Source: Hydrolagus colliei
Taxonomy: Eukaryota
Direction of reading: 5' to 3'
Assembly (NCBI GenBank): GCA_035084275.1
Contig: CM068769.1
Coordinates: 6,758,001-6,822,000 of the forward strand
Length of the DNA: 64,000 nt
Shown here piece after piece: positions 22,201-35,060 of the stretch. The position numbers and the translations under genes were made by a program. Numbering within the stretch: position 1 is the first letter of the stretch; the number at the start of each line of letters is the position of its first letter. Below the pieces are notes generated by a model. That model was not told the origin of the DNA. It saw only the letters and a list, made by a program, of their open reading frames with translations, and ran no database searches.

Positions 22201-24950
22201 CCACAGCCTGTGATACACTCACACAGATACATACACACAGGCCTCTGTGTCTCTGAGACAAACACAGATAGAGAGACTCGCATAAACTTACAAGCCTTTA
22301 TCACACACAGTGTCCCAATCACACACATTCACAGAGGGGGAGACAAGCACATACTGACAGCACTTTAGGTCTCGCTCTCTGTCTCTCACACACACAGGCC
22401 TCTGTCACACACATCCTCCTGCACACACAAATACACACAAAAACACTGTCGTTTCCACCCCACCCAGGATAAGCACCCACACAGCCCAGTACACACACAC
22501 ACACGCTCCCCTTCACACACAGTCCCCCCCCCCCCCCCCCCACTCACAGACACATTCTTGCACACACATCCATACAGCAATCCCTACCCACAAATGCACA
22601 CCACACCCCAACCCACACACAACTCCCCACCCACACACGTAAATAGCACTCCTACCCACACACAAACAGCTTCCCCACCCACAGACACAAATCACACCCC
22701 CTCACCCACACACACAGCCATCCCACACACACACAGCCAACCCCCTCAGATACAGCCCACCCACACACAGCACCTACACACCCACAGCAATACAACCCTC
22801 CCAAACACATCCCCCCACCCCCACACATACACATAGCCAGCCGCACACACACAGCCCCCCCACACACAAAGCCCCACCCCACACACAGCCACTCCCACAC
22901 ACACAGCCGCCGCCCCCCACACACAGCCACCCCCCCCCCCCCCACACAGCCACCCCTCACACATGCACAGCCACCCCCCACACCCAGCCCCCTCTCCCGC
23001 ACATATTCCCCTCCTCACACACACACAGCCCCCACCTCATACACAACACCCACCCCACACACACAGCCTCCGCATCCCATACACAGCCCCATATATACTG
23101 AACCCCCACACCCACAGCCCCACTCGCACACATCCCCAATCACACCCAGCCCCACACCCCCACACACAGCTCCAGCATCGGTGGCCGTGCCTTCAGCCAC
23201 TACGCCCCCAAGCTCTGGAACTCCATTCCTCACTCCCTTTGCCTCGTTCCATCTCATCCTAGTTTCATGTCGAGGTTGAAGACCTTTCCGTTTAACCAAA
23301 CCTTCGGTCACCTTTCTCCCCCCTCCCCCTGGCTCGGACCCAGGATCTGTTGTTGTGAAACTCTCTGAGACACTGTCTGGCTTGGGGAGCGCTATATAAA
23401 TCAAAGTTGTTGTTGTTTCTACAGCCTGTGATACACACACAGAGTGAGAGAATGTGTACGAGAGAGATCTACAATCTGAGATACACTCACAGAGAGAGAG
23501 AGACCTCTGCAGCCTGAGATATGTACAGAGAGAGAAGGTAAGAGAGAAAGAGTGAGAGACATGTCTACAGCCTGTGATAAACTCGCAAAGTGAGACACCG
23601 ATGGACACTCACAAGCCTCACACACAGACAGAGAGGTGGGAGAGGGGGGTGGGACGACACACATAAATACAGATGGAGAAGTAAGGAGGCACACATATCC
23701 ACTCACAGGCCTCTGTCTGTTGATCAGAAATCACAGACACACACTTTGTCACACAGTCACTGAGAGAAAGAAAGACGGAGAAAAAACAAACACATACACA
23801 CTGAGAAAGAGTGAGAGAAACACATGTAGAGATACTGAGATACACAAATAGTGTGTAGTCAGAGGGAGAGAGACTATCTGTGTCTCTGGTCATCTGAAAT
23901 GACACACACATCCAGATATGCACACTCACATAATTGACACTCACACATATACACTGGCCTCTCTGTGTCGCTGAGACATACAACAGAAACAAAGTTACAC
24001 TTATATAGCACTTGTGACATCGGGAGGACGTCCCAAAGCGCTGAACATTTAGGCCGGGACCCGAGCAGTGATGGAGGGGAGGGTCGGTGTAGGGAGAAGG
24101 GAAAGGAGAGTGGGAGAGGGGGAATAGTTAGTGGGGCAGCCAAAGGCACGGTCGAAGAGGAAGGTCTTGAGACCGGCCTTGAAGGAGGAAAAGGGAGGAA
24201 GCGAGGGGGAGGGGCTGAGGGATGGAGTTCCACAGTGTGGGAGCAGAGAGGCTGAACGCCCGGCCACCGATGGTTGGGGGGTTAGGGCGGTGGACGTGGA
24301 GCAGACCTGAGTCTGTTGAGCTGAGGGTGCGGACAGGCTGATAGGGATGACAGTAGGTCAGAGAGAAAGGTGGGGCAAGGCCATTTCTGGTGACCAACAC
24401 AGAGGCCTGTGAGTGTATATGTGTGTGTCTGTGTGTGTATGTCTCACACTGTGTCTATGAGTGTGTCTCATGCTGTAAAGACTCTATATGTTTGTGACCC
24501 TCAGGAATCTAAAGAGACACAAAGAAATGGGAAAGAGAGAGAATTTTACGAGATATAGATACAGAGAGAGAGGTGAGAGAGAGAAATCTCTACCGCCTGT
24601 GATACACTCACACAGAGATACAAACACACAGGCCTCTGTTTCTCTGAGACAAACACACAGAGAGAGACACTCATACACTCACAGGCCTCTATCACATACA
24701 CTGTCCCAATCACACACATTCACAGAGGGGGAGACACGCACACACACTGACTGTGCTCTATATCTCTCTCTGTCTCTCACACACAGGCCTCGGTCACACA
24801 CACCCTCGCGCTCACACACAAATACACAAAAACACTGTCGTTTCCACCCCACCCAACAAACACCCACATACAGCCCATCCTCACACAATCGTCCCCACAC
24901 ACACACACACTTGCACGCACACAAACAGTCCTGCTACCCACAAACGCACA
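16300..24950. repeat. ~3.3-3.6-kb imperfect tandem triplication made of L2 tails, SINE pieces and (CA)/(GA) repeats
   Basis: Plus-strand L2 piece at ~16340/19575/23175; minus-strand L2 piece at ~20400/23990; shared blocks 17.2-19.0 kb and 20.8-22.6 kb. Confidence 0.85.
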
Positions 24951-27010
24951 CAGCCGCCCAACCCACACATAATCTACCCACCCACACACAAACAGTACCC
25001 CACCCCCACACACAAACAGCACCCCACCCACACACACAGACAGCACCCCACACCCACACACACAAACAGCACCCCACACCCACACACACAAACAGCACCC
25101 GACCCCCACACACAAACAGCACCCCACCCCCACACACAAACAGCACCCCACCCCCATACACAAACAGCACCCCACCCCCACACACAAACAGCACAAACAT
25201 GCAGCCACACAGCCCCCACACTCAGCCCCCACCCCTAACATAAGGACACAGCTCCCCCACCCACAAATAAGCACACAGCACCCCCTCCGCACACAAAGCC
25301 CCCCCACACACAGCGCTCCCACACAAATGTAGTCCCCTGCACACACAAAAGACCCACACCCACACAGCCCCCCAAATACACACCGAGCCCCCACATACAC
25401 CCAGCACCCCACACACCCAGCCCCGCCACACACACGCAGCCCCCACATAATCCATCCCCCCCCCCACACCCAGCCCCCCACACACCCAGCACCACACACA
25501 CACGCCCAGCCCCCCCACACACACCCAGCCCCCCCACACACCCATCCACCCCAAGCGCACACCCAGCTCCCCACACACCCAGCCCACCAATCACACCAAG
25601 ATCCCCCCCACACACACAGCGACTCCCCCACACACACCCAGCCCCCACCCATACACACACCCAGCCCCCCACACACCCAACACCACACACACCCAGCCCA
25701 CACATACACACCCAACCCCCCCACGCACACCCAGCCACCACCTATACGCAGCACCACACACATCCAGCCCCCATTTACACACTGAATTCCCCCCAAACAC
25801 AACCCAGAACTCCCCACACGCACAACGAGCCCCCACACACGCCCACCCCCCACACACCCAGCCCCCCCCACACACGCAGCCCCCCCCACACACCCAGCCC
25901 CCACCCCACACACACCCAGCCCCCCCAACACACACACATCCAGCCCCCACACACCCAGCACCACACACACACCAAGCCCCAACACGCACACACCCAGCGA
26001 CTCCCACACACGCACCCAGCCCCCAGCCCCCCACACACCCAGCACCACACACACCAACCCCCCCGCCCCCCACACACACCCAGCACCACACACATCCAGC
26101 CCCCACTTACACACCCAACTCCTCCCAAACACAACCCAGAACTCCCCACACACACAACGAGCCCCCACACACGCCCACCCCCCACACACACAGCCCCCCC
26201 ACACACCCAGCCCCCACCCCACACACACCCAGCCCCCCCAACACACACACCCAGACCCCCACACACCCAGCACCATACACACCCAGCCCGCATATACACA
26301 CCCAACCCCCCCCCACACACAGCCCCCCACACAACCGGTCACCACATACACAGCCGCCCCACACCCAGTCCCACACTCACCCAGCCCCACACACACCCAG
26401 CCCCCCACACACTCCCAGCCCCCCACACACACCCAGCCCCCCACACACACCCAGCCCCCCACACACACCCAGCCCCCCACACACACCCAGCCCCCCACAC
26501 ACACCCAGCCCCCCACACACACCCAGCCCCACACACACCCAGGCCCCCCCCCCACACACACCCAGCCCCCCACACACACCCAGCCCCCCACACACACCCA
26601 GCCCCACACACACCCAGGCCCCCCCCCCACACACACCCAGCACCACACACACACCCAGCCCCCACACACACCCAGCCCCCCCCCCCACACACACCCAGCC
26701 CCCCCCTCCCCACACACACCCAGCCCCCCACACACACCCAGCCCACCACACACCCAGCCCCCACACACACCCAGGCCCCCCCCCCACACACACCCAGCAC
26801 CACACACACACCCAGCCCCCACACACACCCAGCCCCCCCCCCACACACACCCAGCCCCCCCCCCACACACACCCAGCCCCCCACACACACCCAGCCCCCC
26901 AACACACCCAGCCCCCCACACACACCCAGCACCCCACACCCCCCCCCCCACACACACACACCCAGCCCCCCCCCACACACACACACACCCAGCAACCCTC
27001 CCACACACAC
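24900..27010. repeat. CACACACCCAGCCCCC-type minisatellite / low-complexity array
   Basis: Directly visible, and most homogeneous at 26380-26940. Confidence 0.95.
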
Positions 27011-27074
27011 ATTCCCTCTCTCTATAGAGACTCAGTCTCTCACTCTCTGTTGTTGTTGTCCCTCAAGCCACTGC

Positions 27075-27262
27075 CACCAAAGGTCACAAGCACGTGATGT
27101 GATGACGCTGTGTGAGAGGGACTCGCCCACTATCTCCCTGGTAACCAGAGATTGACATGAGATGGAAAGTGACCTGCCCCTGTTCCTTGGTAACCAGTGA
27201 TTGACAGGAGAATGGGACACGCCCATTGTCTTCCTGGTACCCAGTGATTGACAGGAGAGCGG
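27075..27262 (-). promoter_or_regulatory. Inverted homolog of the 15.76-15.93 kb promoter module
   Basis: Three units of GGTA(A/C)CCAG..ATTGACA (TGATTGACAG at 27198 and 27245), then TGACGC and CACGTG in the same order on the opposite strand. Confidence 0.6.
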
Positions 27263-27869
27263 ATCCCGCCCACACTGATTGTGATGTTAATCTCTGGTCC
27301 GTCACTGTGTGGACAGTGTCAGTCGATGTGTTATTGATGTTGTTGTTATTATTGTTTATATTATTGTTCTCTGAGGCAGTGACTGTCCAGCGCCTCGGGA
27401 CGTCCTCCTGACGTGAAAGGCTCTACACAAATTTCATTTTGTTGTCGTTTTTACACTAATAAATTGGCCGTTTTAATCCACCAATTGTTGTGCCATTGCT
27501 GTGCACAATTGGCTGCCGCGTTTCGCCCAGAAATACACAGTCACTACACTATATTCTGCGAAGAGCTTTGAGACTAGAAGATGTGGAAAACGCTACATCA
27601 AATGCAAGGTTTATTATATCACACTATTATGATATACGATAGTACATCAGTAGGCATAGTTAACCCACAGATCAGTAGAATCTGTGGGTTAACAAAAGGC
27701 ACACAACTAGTGTCATGCTTTTGTTATTCTTCTTGTTGATGTAATTCATATAACAAATTGCAAATTATTCTAAATTTAACATAAAAATATAGTTCATGTT
27801 ATATTGTATTAAATTTGCAGCTTAATCGACAGAAACATCTGCTTCCCCTGTGGCCACCCAGGGGAAGCA

Positions 27870-28480
27870 GACTGCAAACAACACAGGTGTTGCTGGGAAA
27901 ACTCGGGTCAGGCAGCATCCATGGAGAAAAGGAAAGTGAGTCAATGTTTCGGGTCCATGACACTTCGTCAGAACTGCGGTATGTTCGGAGCGAGAGGCGG
28001 GGCGAGGAAGACAAAGGGGAAAGTGGGGTAGAGGGTAGGAGATGATGGGGCAAACAGGTGTTAATGTTGCAAAACAAAAGCGGGTGCTTTGCAACAAAAC
28101 TGCAGAGATGAGATGTTAATAGCATTAAAGCAAACAAACAGGAGCTGAAATTGCTAGAATAAAAACAGGCAGATCACATGATCACAGAAGAGGGGGGAGG
28201 TGAGCTGTTATGGCGTGACCTTGTTGAAATCGATATTAAGGCCAGAGGCTGTAAGGTCCCCAGCCAATGGATAAGATGCTGTTCCTCGAGCTTGTACTGT
28301 GGTTCATTGGTACAGGGTAGGAGACTGGCTGGAGAGGTCGGAGTGCGAGTGGGAAGGGAAGTTAATGTGGCATTAAACCGGTAAGTCAGGGTGATATTTC
28401 CTGCCAGGATTGAAGTGTTCGGCAAATTGTTCACCCAATCTGCGTTTGGATTTCCCCAATGTAGAGGAAACTGCATTGTG
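27870..28480 (-). mobile_element. Penelope-like element 3' fragment (GIY-YIG C-terminus plus tail)
   Basis: LYIGE..RRL..QFAEH-like segment, KLEEQHLIHWLGTLQP, and tail TTCTGACGAAGTGTCATGGACCCGAAACATTGACTC...GATGCTGCCTGACC. Confidence 0.8.
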
Positions 28481-28544
28481 TTATCAGGCCATATCAGCTC
28501 ACCTCCCCAGTATTCTGACGAAGGGTCATGCACCTGAAGCATGT

Positions 28545-29065
28545 TCCATTCTGGTAACCACGCTTCAGGAAGGATGCTAAGGCATTGGAAAGCATGCAAA
28601 GGAGATTCATCAAAATGGTACCAGGAATCAGGGACTTCGGCCATGAGGAAAGGCTAGAGAGGCATGGCTTATTCTCTTTGGAACAAAGAAGGTTGCGAGG
28701 AGACCTAATAGAGGTTTTTCAGACCACGAGGGGATTTAACAGAGTAACAAGGAATTTGTTTTTTCCAATGGTGGGTATGTCACTGACTACTGCTCACAGA
28801 ATTAAAATAGTTTAAAAAAGAAGCAGAGAGGAGGTCAGGAGACATGTTTTCACTCAGTGAATCTGGAATGCATTGCCTGAAATGATGGTGGAGGCTGATT
28901 CAATAACAACTTTTAAAAGAGAGGTAGATATTTATTTGGGGAGCATGAGTCTGCGAGGTTATGGGGAGAGAGAGAGCTGGCGAGTGGGATTAAATTGCTC
29001 TTTTTAAAAAACCTGCACAGGCTCGATGGGTTGAATGGCCTCCTTTTGTGCCATAAGATTCTATT
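28545..29065 (+). mobile_element. CR1 LINE 3' fragment
   Basis: MQRRFIKMVPGIRDFGHEERLERHGLFSLEQRRLRGDLIEVF, ending ATTCTATTATTCTAT. Confidence 0.9.
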
Positions 29066-29339
29066 ATTCTATCAAAACATACAGCTGTTTGTGGGACACA
29101 CACTCACAGAGACAGACAAACTCACACACAGATTCACAAACACACACACTCACTCACACAGACACACACTCTGCTGTGTGCAATTGGATGACATGTTTCG
29201 CTCTCCCACAAACATAGACAATTCACTTTACAGTATATTCCGTGAAGCGCTTTGAGACACATTTGCTAAGATGTGAAAATCTGCTATATCAAACACAAGG
29301 ATTATTATATTAATGTAAGCTGAGCTGATGTGAGCTTTA

Positions 29340-30190
29340 ACAGCAACAACTTGGATTTATATAGCACCCTCGCTCCACGCTGGACGACGTCTCAGAGCGC
29401 TACACAGTAATGGATCCCGGGACCGAACCATGGACAGGGGGAGAAAGGTGACCAAATGTGCGGTCGAAGAGAATGGTCTTCAGCTGTGACCTGAACCTGG
29501 GAAGAGAGAGGGGGTGAGGCGATGGGAGTGAGAAAGGGAGAGAGGGATACAGGGAGGGAAGGGCACAGTGGGTGGGAGGGATGGAGAGAGGGAGGGGTTG
29601 AGGCGATGGGAGGGAGGTAAGAGGACAGAGGAAGGGAGGGAGTGGGAGGGAGAGATGGGGCGCAGCGAAGGGAGTGAGTAAGAGAGAGAGAGGGGCAGAG
29701 GGAGGGGGGCATGTGGAGGGAGAGTGGGGGTGAGGCGAAGGGAGTGAGTGACGGGGGACAGAGGGAGAGCGAGGAGACAAAGGAAAGGTGGCGAAGGAAA
29801 TGAAGGAGTGAGGGAGAGTGGGAGGGGGAAGCAGAGGGAACAAGGCTAAGCAAGTGAGGACGAAAGAGAGAGAGTGGACTGAGGAAGGGAGGGAGGGGGA
29901 GGGAGAGAGGGGGCGAGGCGAAGGGATTGAGGAAGGGAGTTCCATAACCTCGGCGTGCAGTGACTTAAGGCAGGGCCGCCAATGTTGGAGCGGAGGATTC
30001 GGTGCGTCGAGGAGACCAGACCAGGTGGAGCAAAGGCAAAGGGTGCTGGTTTGAGGAGATAGGAGAGGTTGGGAGGTGCAGAAAAGTGGAGGGATTTGAA
30101 AAGCAGGGTGTGAATCTCGAAATCGAACTCTTTCTCTTGAAAAGAGGAGGAGAATGGGTGAGTGATGGGGGGGGGGGGGGCGGTGTTCAA
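29340..30190 (-). mobile_element. L2-type 3' fragment with polypurine expansions
   Basis: LRSNIGGPALSHCTPRLWNSLPQSLR and KTILFDRTFGHL with the family tail, interrupted by (GA/GGA)n. Confidence 0.75.
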
Positions 30191-30802
30191 GGAGGGAGGG
30201 AGGGAGGAAGAGGTAAAGGGGAAAGGGGAAAGAGATAGAGAGAGAGATAGAGAGGTCTTTAAAATTAGAGTTAGAGACGAAATGTAGAGAGTGGTGGGTG
30301 GCAGTATGAGAGAATGTGATTGTCTGTGTGTTTGACTGTCTGTGTGGGAGTGTGTGTGAGAGTGTGTGTTTACAATTTAATACAGAGACATCAGTCACGC
30401 TAAAGCAAGCTTTTTTACTAAATAATAATTACACCAACCACAGCCCCCAGCCACGAGCCCCCGAGCCCCCAGCCCCAAGCCCCCAACCCCGAGGCCCCAG
30501 TCCCCAACCCCCAGCCCTCAGCCCCCAGTCCCCAGCCCAAGCCACATTCTTTCATTTCATTGAAGTGTCCCCCGCTTATATTCTAGCTGCTCTTACTAAC
30601 CCTGCATCCCACAGCGACACTGATCAGACTGTGGGATGTCTGAGCAGCCGAACACTTGGTGTGATGTGCGGCCTACGTGCCTCTAACCACTCCCTCGCCT
30701 CCCACCACTTCCTCGCCACATGCCACCGGTTCGCCCCCCATGACTCTCTGGCACCCCGCCAACCCCTCGTCCCCCACCACCCCGTGGCTCCCTGCCAATG
30801 CT

Positions 30803-31531
30803 TCACCTACCACGAGTGCCCACATGCCGCACACGAGCCCATGACCCCCCAACAAGCCCTCCCCCCAACTCACCTCCTCGTCCCCCACGATCCCCTTCCA
30901 CCGCAGAGTCACTCTCCTCCAAACAGAAGTCTGGTTCTGTGCAGGGCTCGCACTGGCCGAGTGGATTCCTATTATTTTCCTCAATCTTGCAGCGTTGAAT
31001 AGAGTAGCGGGCGGTACGATATTCATCGATCAGGCCATAGAAACCTGTCTTTGTCCACCCGACGTCGCACAGTTTGTCTTTCGGACAATACAACTCGCTG
31101 TACACAAAATACTTGTGAACTTCCGGCAAATCGCTGAACCTTGAAACTATGTATTTGCACCCGCCACTGAAACACTGCTCCAGACACTGCTCCAGTTGGT
31201 GGTGTAGAACACAAGACAACCTCCGCTTCTCAGAGAAGGTCTCATAACCTTCCCCAGTTTATTAGCCCACGAGTCAGGTTTGTTGTTTTCGCCGAATAGG
31301 ACCTTATGTTCGGTGCATCTCCCGGACGATGAGGGGTAGACGGCGATGTAATTGTACTTTGAGTTGTGATCAGCCATCTGTAAATCGGCCTGGCTGAGGA
31401 TTTGGGCTCTGACTTGGTTGTTCCACTTGTATTTCACCGCCGTGTTACCCTGGCACTGGTCAGCAGTCAGCATGATGAGAAAACAAATCTGTACATCTAC
31501 AGGTTTCTTTATATCGATGCTACTGTGGAAC
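30803..31531 (-). pseudogene. SNAD-like AID/APOBEC-family deaminase, copy 1 (frameshifted)
   Basis: Homolog of 42759-43596 with RCTEHKVL. ACCCC is replaced by TGGAGCA (+2 nt) at the TPC motif, splitting it into ORFs 31147-31542 and 30803-31219. Confidence 0.8.
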
Positions 31532-31789
31532 CTGGGAGACAAACAACAACAATAGTATTACAATTTACAGAGCAACCTTTCACATTGGGAAGACGTCCCT
31601 AGGCGCTGAATAATTAGTTCCGGACCAGAGCAGTGGGGGTGGGGTGGCGTGGTAGAGGGAAGGGGAAGGATAGTAGAAGAGGTGGAAAAGTTAGGAGGGG
31701 AGCAGGAGGCATGGTCAAAGAGGAAGGTATTGAGACCGGCCTTCAGTGAAGCAAGGGAGGAAGTGAGGCGAAGGGATGAAGGCGAAGTG

Positions 31790-33010
31790 ATGTAACAGAA
31801 TGGGTGGACGAGGGCACCGCAGTTGACGTGGTTTACATGGACTTTCAAAAGGCATTTGACAAAGTGCCGCACAAGAGGCTTTTTAGGAAAATAGAGGCCC
31901 AGGTGTTAAAGGGACAGTGGCAGCGTGGATCCACAACTGGCTGCGAGACAGAAAGCAAAGAGCTGTGGTGAGCGGCTGCTTTTCAGATTGGAGGAAAGTG
32001 TGCAGTGGCGCCCGCCAGTGATCAGTTTTGGGACCACTGCTCTTTTTAATATACATTAATGATTTAGATTTGGGTTTAGGGAGTACGATTTCCAAATTTG
32101 CAGACGATACTAAGTTAGGGAGAATAATAAAGGAGGAGGATAGTAGCCAACTGCAAGAGGATATAGATAAAATGATAAAGTGGGCAGACACATGGCAGAC
32201 AAAGTTTAATACAGAGATGTGTGAGGTGATACACTTTGGGAGAAGAAATGAGGGGAGGCAATATAGGCTAGATGGTACAATTTTAAATGTTGTGGAGGAT
32301 GACAGAGACCTAGGGATTTGTGTTAGTGGCTCATTGAAAGTGGCAGGATAGGTAGACAAACCCGTTAAAAAGGCATATGGGATACTAGGCTTTATAAATA
32401 ATGGTATCGAAAACAAAAGTCAGAATGTGCCGATAACCTCTGTAAGACATTGATTAGGCCTCAGCTGGAGTACAGTGTACAGTTCTGGTCACCACAATTT
32501 AGGAAGGATATTAAGGCATTTGATAGACTGCAGAGGAGATTTACTAGGATGGTACCAGGAATGAGGGACTTCAGCTACGAGGAAATGCTAGACAGGCAAG
32601 GATTATTCTCTCTGGAACAATCAAGATTGAGAGAAAACCTAGTAGAGGTTTATAAGGTTATGAGAGATTTCGACAGGGCGAATAGAGAAAGACTGTTTCC
32701 AATGGTGGACGAATCAATCACTCGTGGTCACAATTTTAAATAGTTTCAAAACGAAGCTGAGGGGAGCTGAGGAGAATTTTTTTCACTCAGCGGGTTGTTC
32801 GCATCTGGAATCCATTGCCTGAAAAGGTGGTGGAGGCAGATTGCATAACAGCTTTTAAAAGGGAACTAGATATTTATTTAAGCAGAGCAGGTCTGATAGG
32901 TTACGCTGAGAAAGCTGGGCAGTGGGATAGAGTTGCTCTGTTCAAAGAGCCGGCAAAGACTAGATGTGCCGAATGGCCTCCTTTTGTGCCACATAATTCT
33001 ATGATTCTAT
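31790..33010 (+). mobile_element. CR1 LINE RT/3' fragment
   Basis: GPLLFLIYINDLD...ISKFADDTKLG, IRPQLEYSVQFWSP, and an (ATTCTATG)n tail. Confidence 0.93.
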
Positions 33011-33029
33011 GATTTATATGGATACCTAG

Positions 33030-35060
33030 GCCTAGATTTTAATTCAACCACTGTAGGGTTCTACCATCTCTAGCTGAAATTGCCTCTCCGCGTTCTTCTT
33101 TGCAAAACGCATCACTTCCATTTATACAAATTATAAATAATTTGTTACGTTTCTTGTCACAGTCGTTCTGTGTCCCAATATAGTCGGCAACTTTACCTTT
33201 CACGGTTCGCTATTATTTCCAGCTTTATATAATGTGAACCCCACAAATTGTACTCCCTGTACACATATCCAGGTCAATGATACAGACCAAAAGCAACAAT
33301 GGTCCCAGTAAAGGCACCTAGGGGTCACCACTGCATAAATCCATCCGAACAAAAGTTCTCCATCTCTGCTTGAGTCCTGTCTCCCAGCTAATTGTGTATC
33401 CATGCTGCCACTGTCCCTTTACTATACCGAGATTCTGTTTGGCTTAAAAGTCCCCTAAGTAGAATTTTATCAAACAGCATTTCAAAATCCATATTATTTT
33501 CAGTAATATGACTATCTTCATCCGCCCTCTCAGAATTCATCAGAAATATCCATCAGTTTTGTTAAGCATGTGGCCCCTTCAAGAAACTATTTTGACCACA
33601 AATGAACCCCCGCAAAATATATTTTTCCGGATTATATTTCCAAAATGTTTCACTACTTATGTTATGTTAACATGACCTTCCTATATATCCTTGTAGTATC
33701 CTTCTGCTTCTTTCTGTACCACCTCTGAAAAAGACCCTAAAGTATGAAAACTTTAGGGTCATACTTTAGGACCCTAATGAAAACCAAATATCTGCCACTC
33801 TCTTTTATCTGTCTCCAAGTCATTTTGCTGTCCATGCTACCACTAAAAGAAAACGATTAGAGAGCACTTTCCACTACGGGAGGATCTCCCAATGCGCTAG
33901 AAAGTCAGGGTTCGGGACCCGAGGTGCAGGGTTTGGGGGAGATAAGGGACAGAGGTGAGAGTGCGGCACAAGGCACGGAAAGTAATGTCTTGTGACCGGC
34001 ATTACAGGAAGCAAGGGGGTAAGCGAGAGGAAGGGTCTGTGGGATGGAGTTCCACAGTGTGAGGCCAGAGAGGATAAAAATACGGCCACCGTAAGGCGGG
34101 ATACATAAAGCAAACCAGCCCTTTTTAACAGTGTGCTGTCTACAAATCTCTTATGCGGAACTTTATTAAATGCATTTTGGAAAACCATATCAGTTACATA
34201 ACTTCACCACATTTATCCACCCTATGTGTAACTTCATTATAAAATCTGTTGCAACTTTGTCCGAAACGAGTTTGCTTGAATAAATCTCAGTTTGCTGTCC
34301 TTGATAAACTACTTGTTTTCTGAGTGAAGCAAAATTTTCTTCTCAGATTGTAGATTGAAAAAAAAAAATCTTACCTATGACATTAGGCTGATCGATTTGA
34401 GTTCACGGGTTTATGCCTTGGCCCTTATCTATACAGGTGAGAAGCATTTGCAATGCTCCAATCCTCTGGCACCGTCCCGGTGTCAAAGACGATTGGCACA
34501 TTGTGGTCAACGGTTTAGTTATTTCCACCCTTACGTCACCGCATTAACCTGTTTTGTATCCACTCTGGACTGGGTTAGCTCTGCCTATCATCCACATTGT
34601 TATTAGCTAAAGGTGGACAATGGGCGTAGTGCATTTATTGCAGCATATATCGATTATACAATGCTTCTCGGTGAAGTGCTGCATAATAGCCGTGTTAGGA
34701 AAATTGAATCCCATGTTATCAAAACAACAGTGGCAGTAATGGATACAAAGCTATCTGGGAAACAGCAAGTGGAGAGCCGGGGTTAACTGTTGTAATTCTG
34801 AATGAAGGGATGTGTCCAGTGGTGCCAAACGTGCAGGTGTTTCGACATCCGCAATTCTTAACGAACGAGGCGAGACATGATGGAGGCCAGACTGGGCGAG
34901 AGGAGAGGGGGGGGGGGGGGGGTGGTGGTGGTTGTAGATATAGGGATGCCCTAAATATAGAGAGAAGAATTTCCTAGTTTCAGATGATCCATTGATAGGA
35001 AATATAGAAAACGTTGACCAGACTGCAATACGGATTAGGCAGATTGGTGACGTGGGCAGA
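33030..35060. mobile_element. Old CR1 fragments in both orientations plus an L2 tail (33880-34130)
   Basis: Degenerate INDLD/SKFADD, SLDTGTVPED and WIQ-like motifs. Homologous blocks lie at 45.1-47.2 and 57.1-59.2 kb. Confidence 0.6.

Noticed and set aside
24777-27008. 743-aa G/V/C/W-rich ORF and similar ORFs across 15.8-27 kb
   Set aside because: They are translations of (CA)/(CCCA) repeats, open in several frames because the repeat lacks stop codons.
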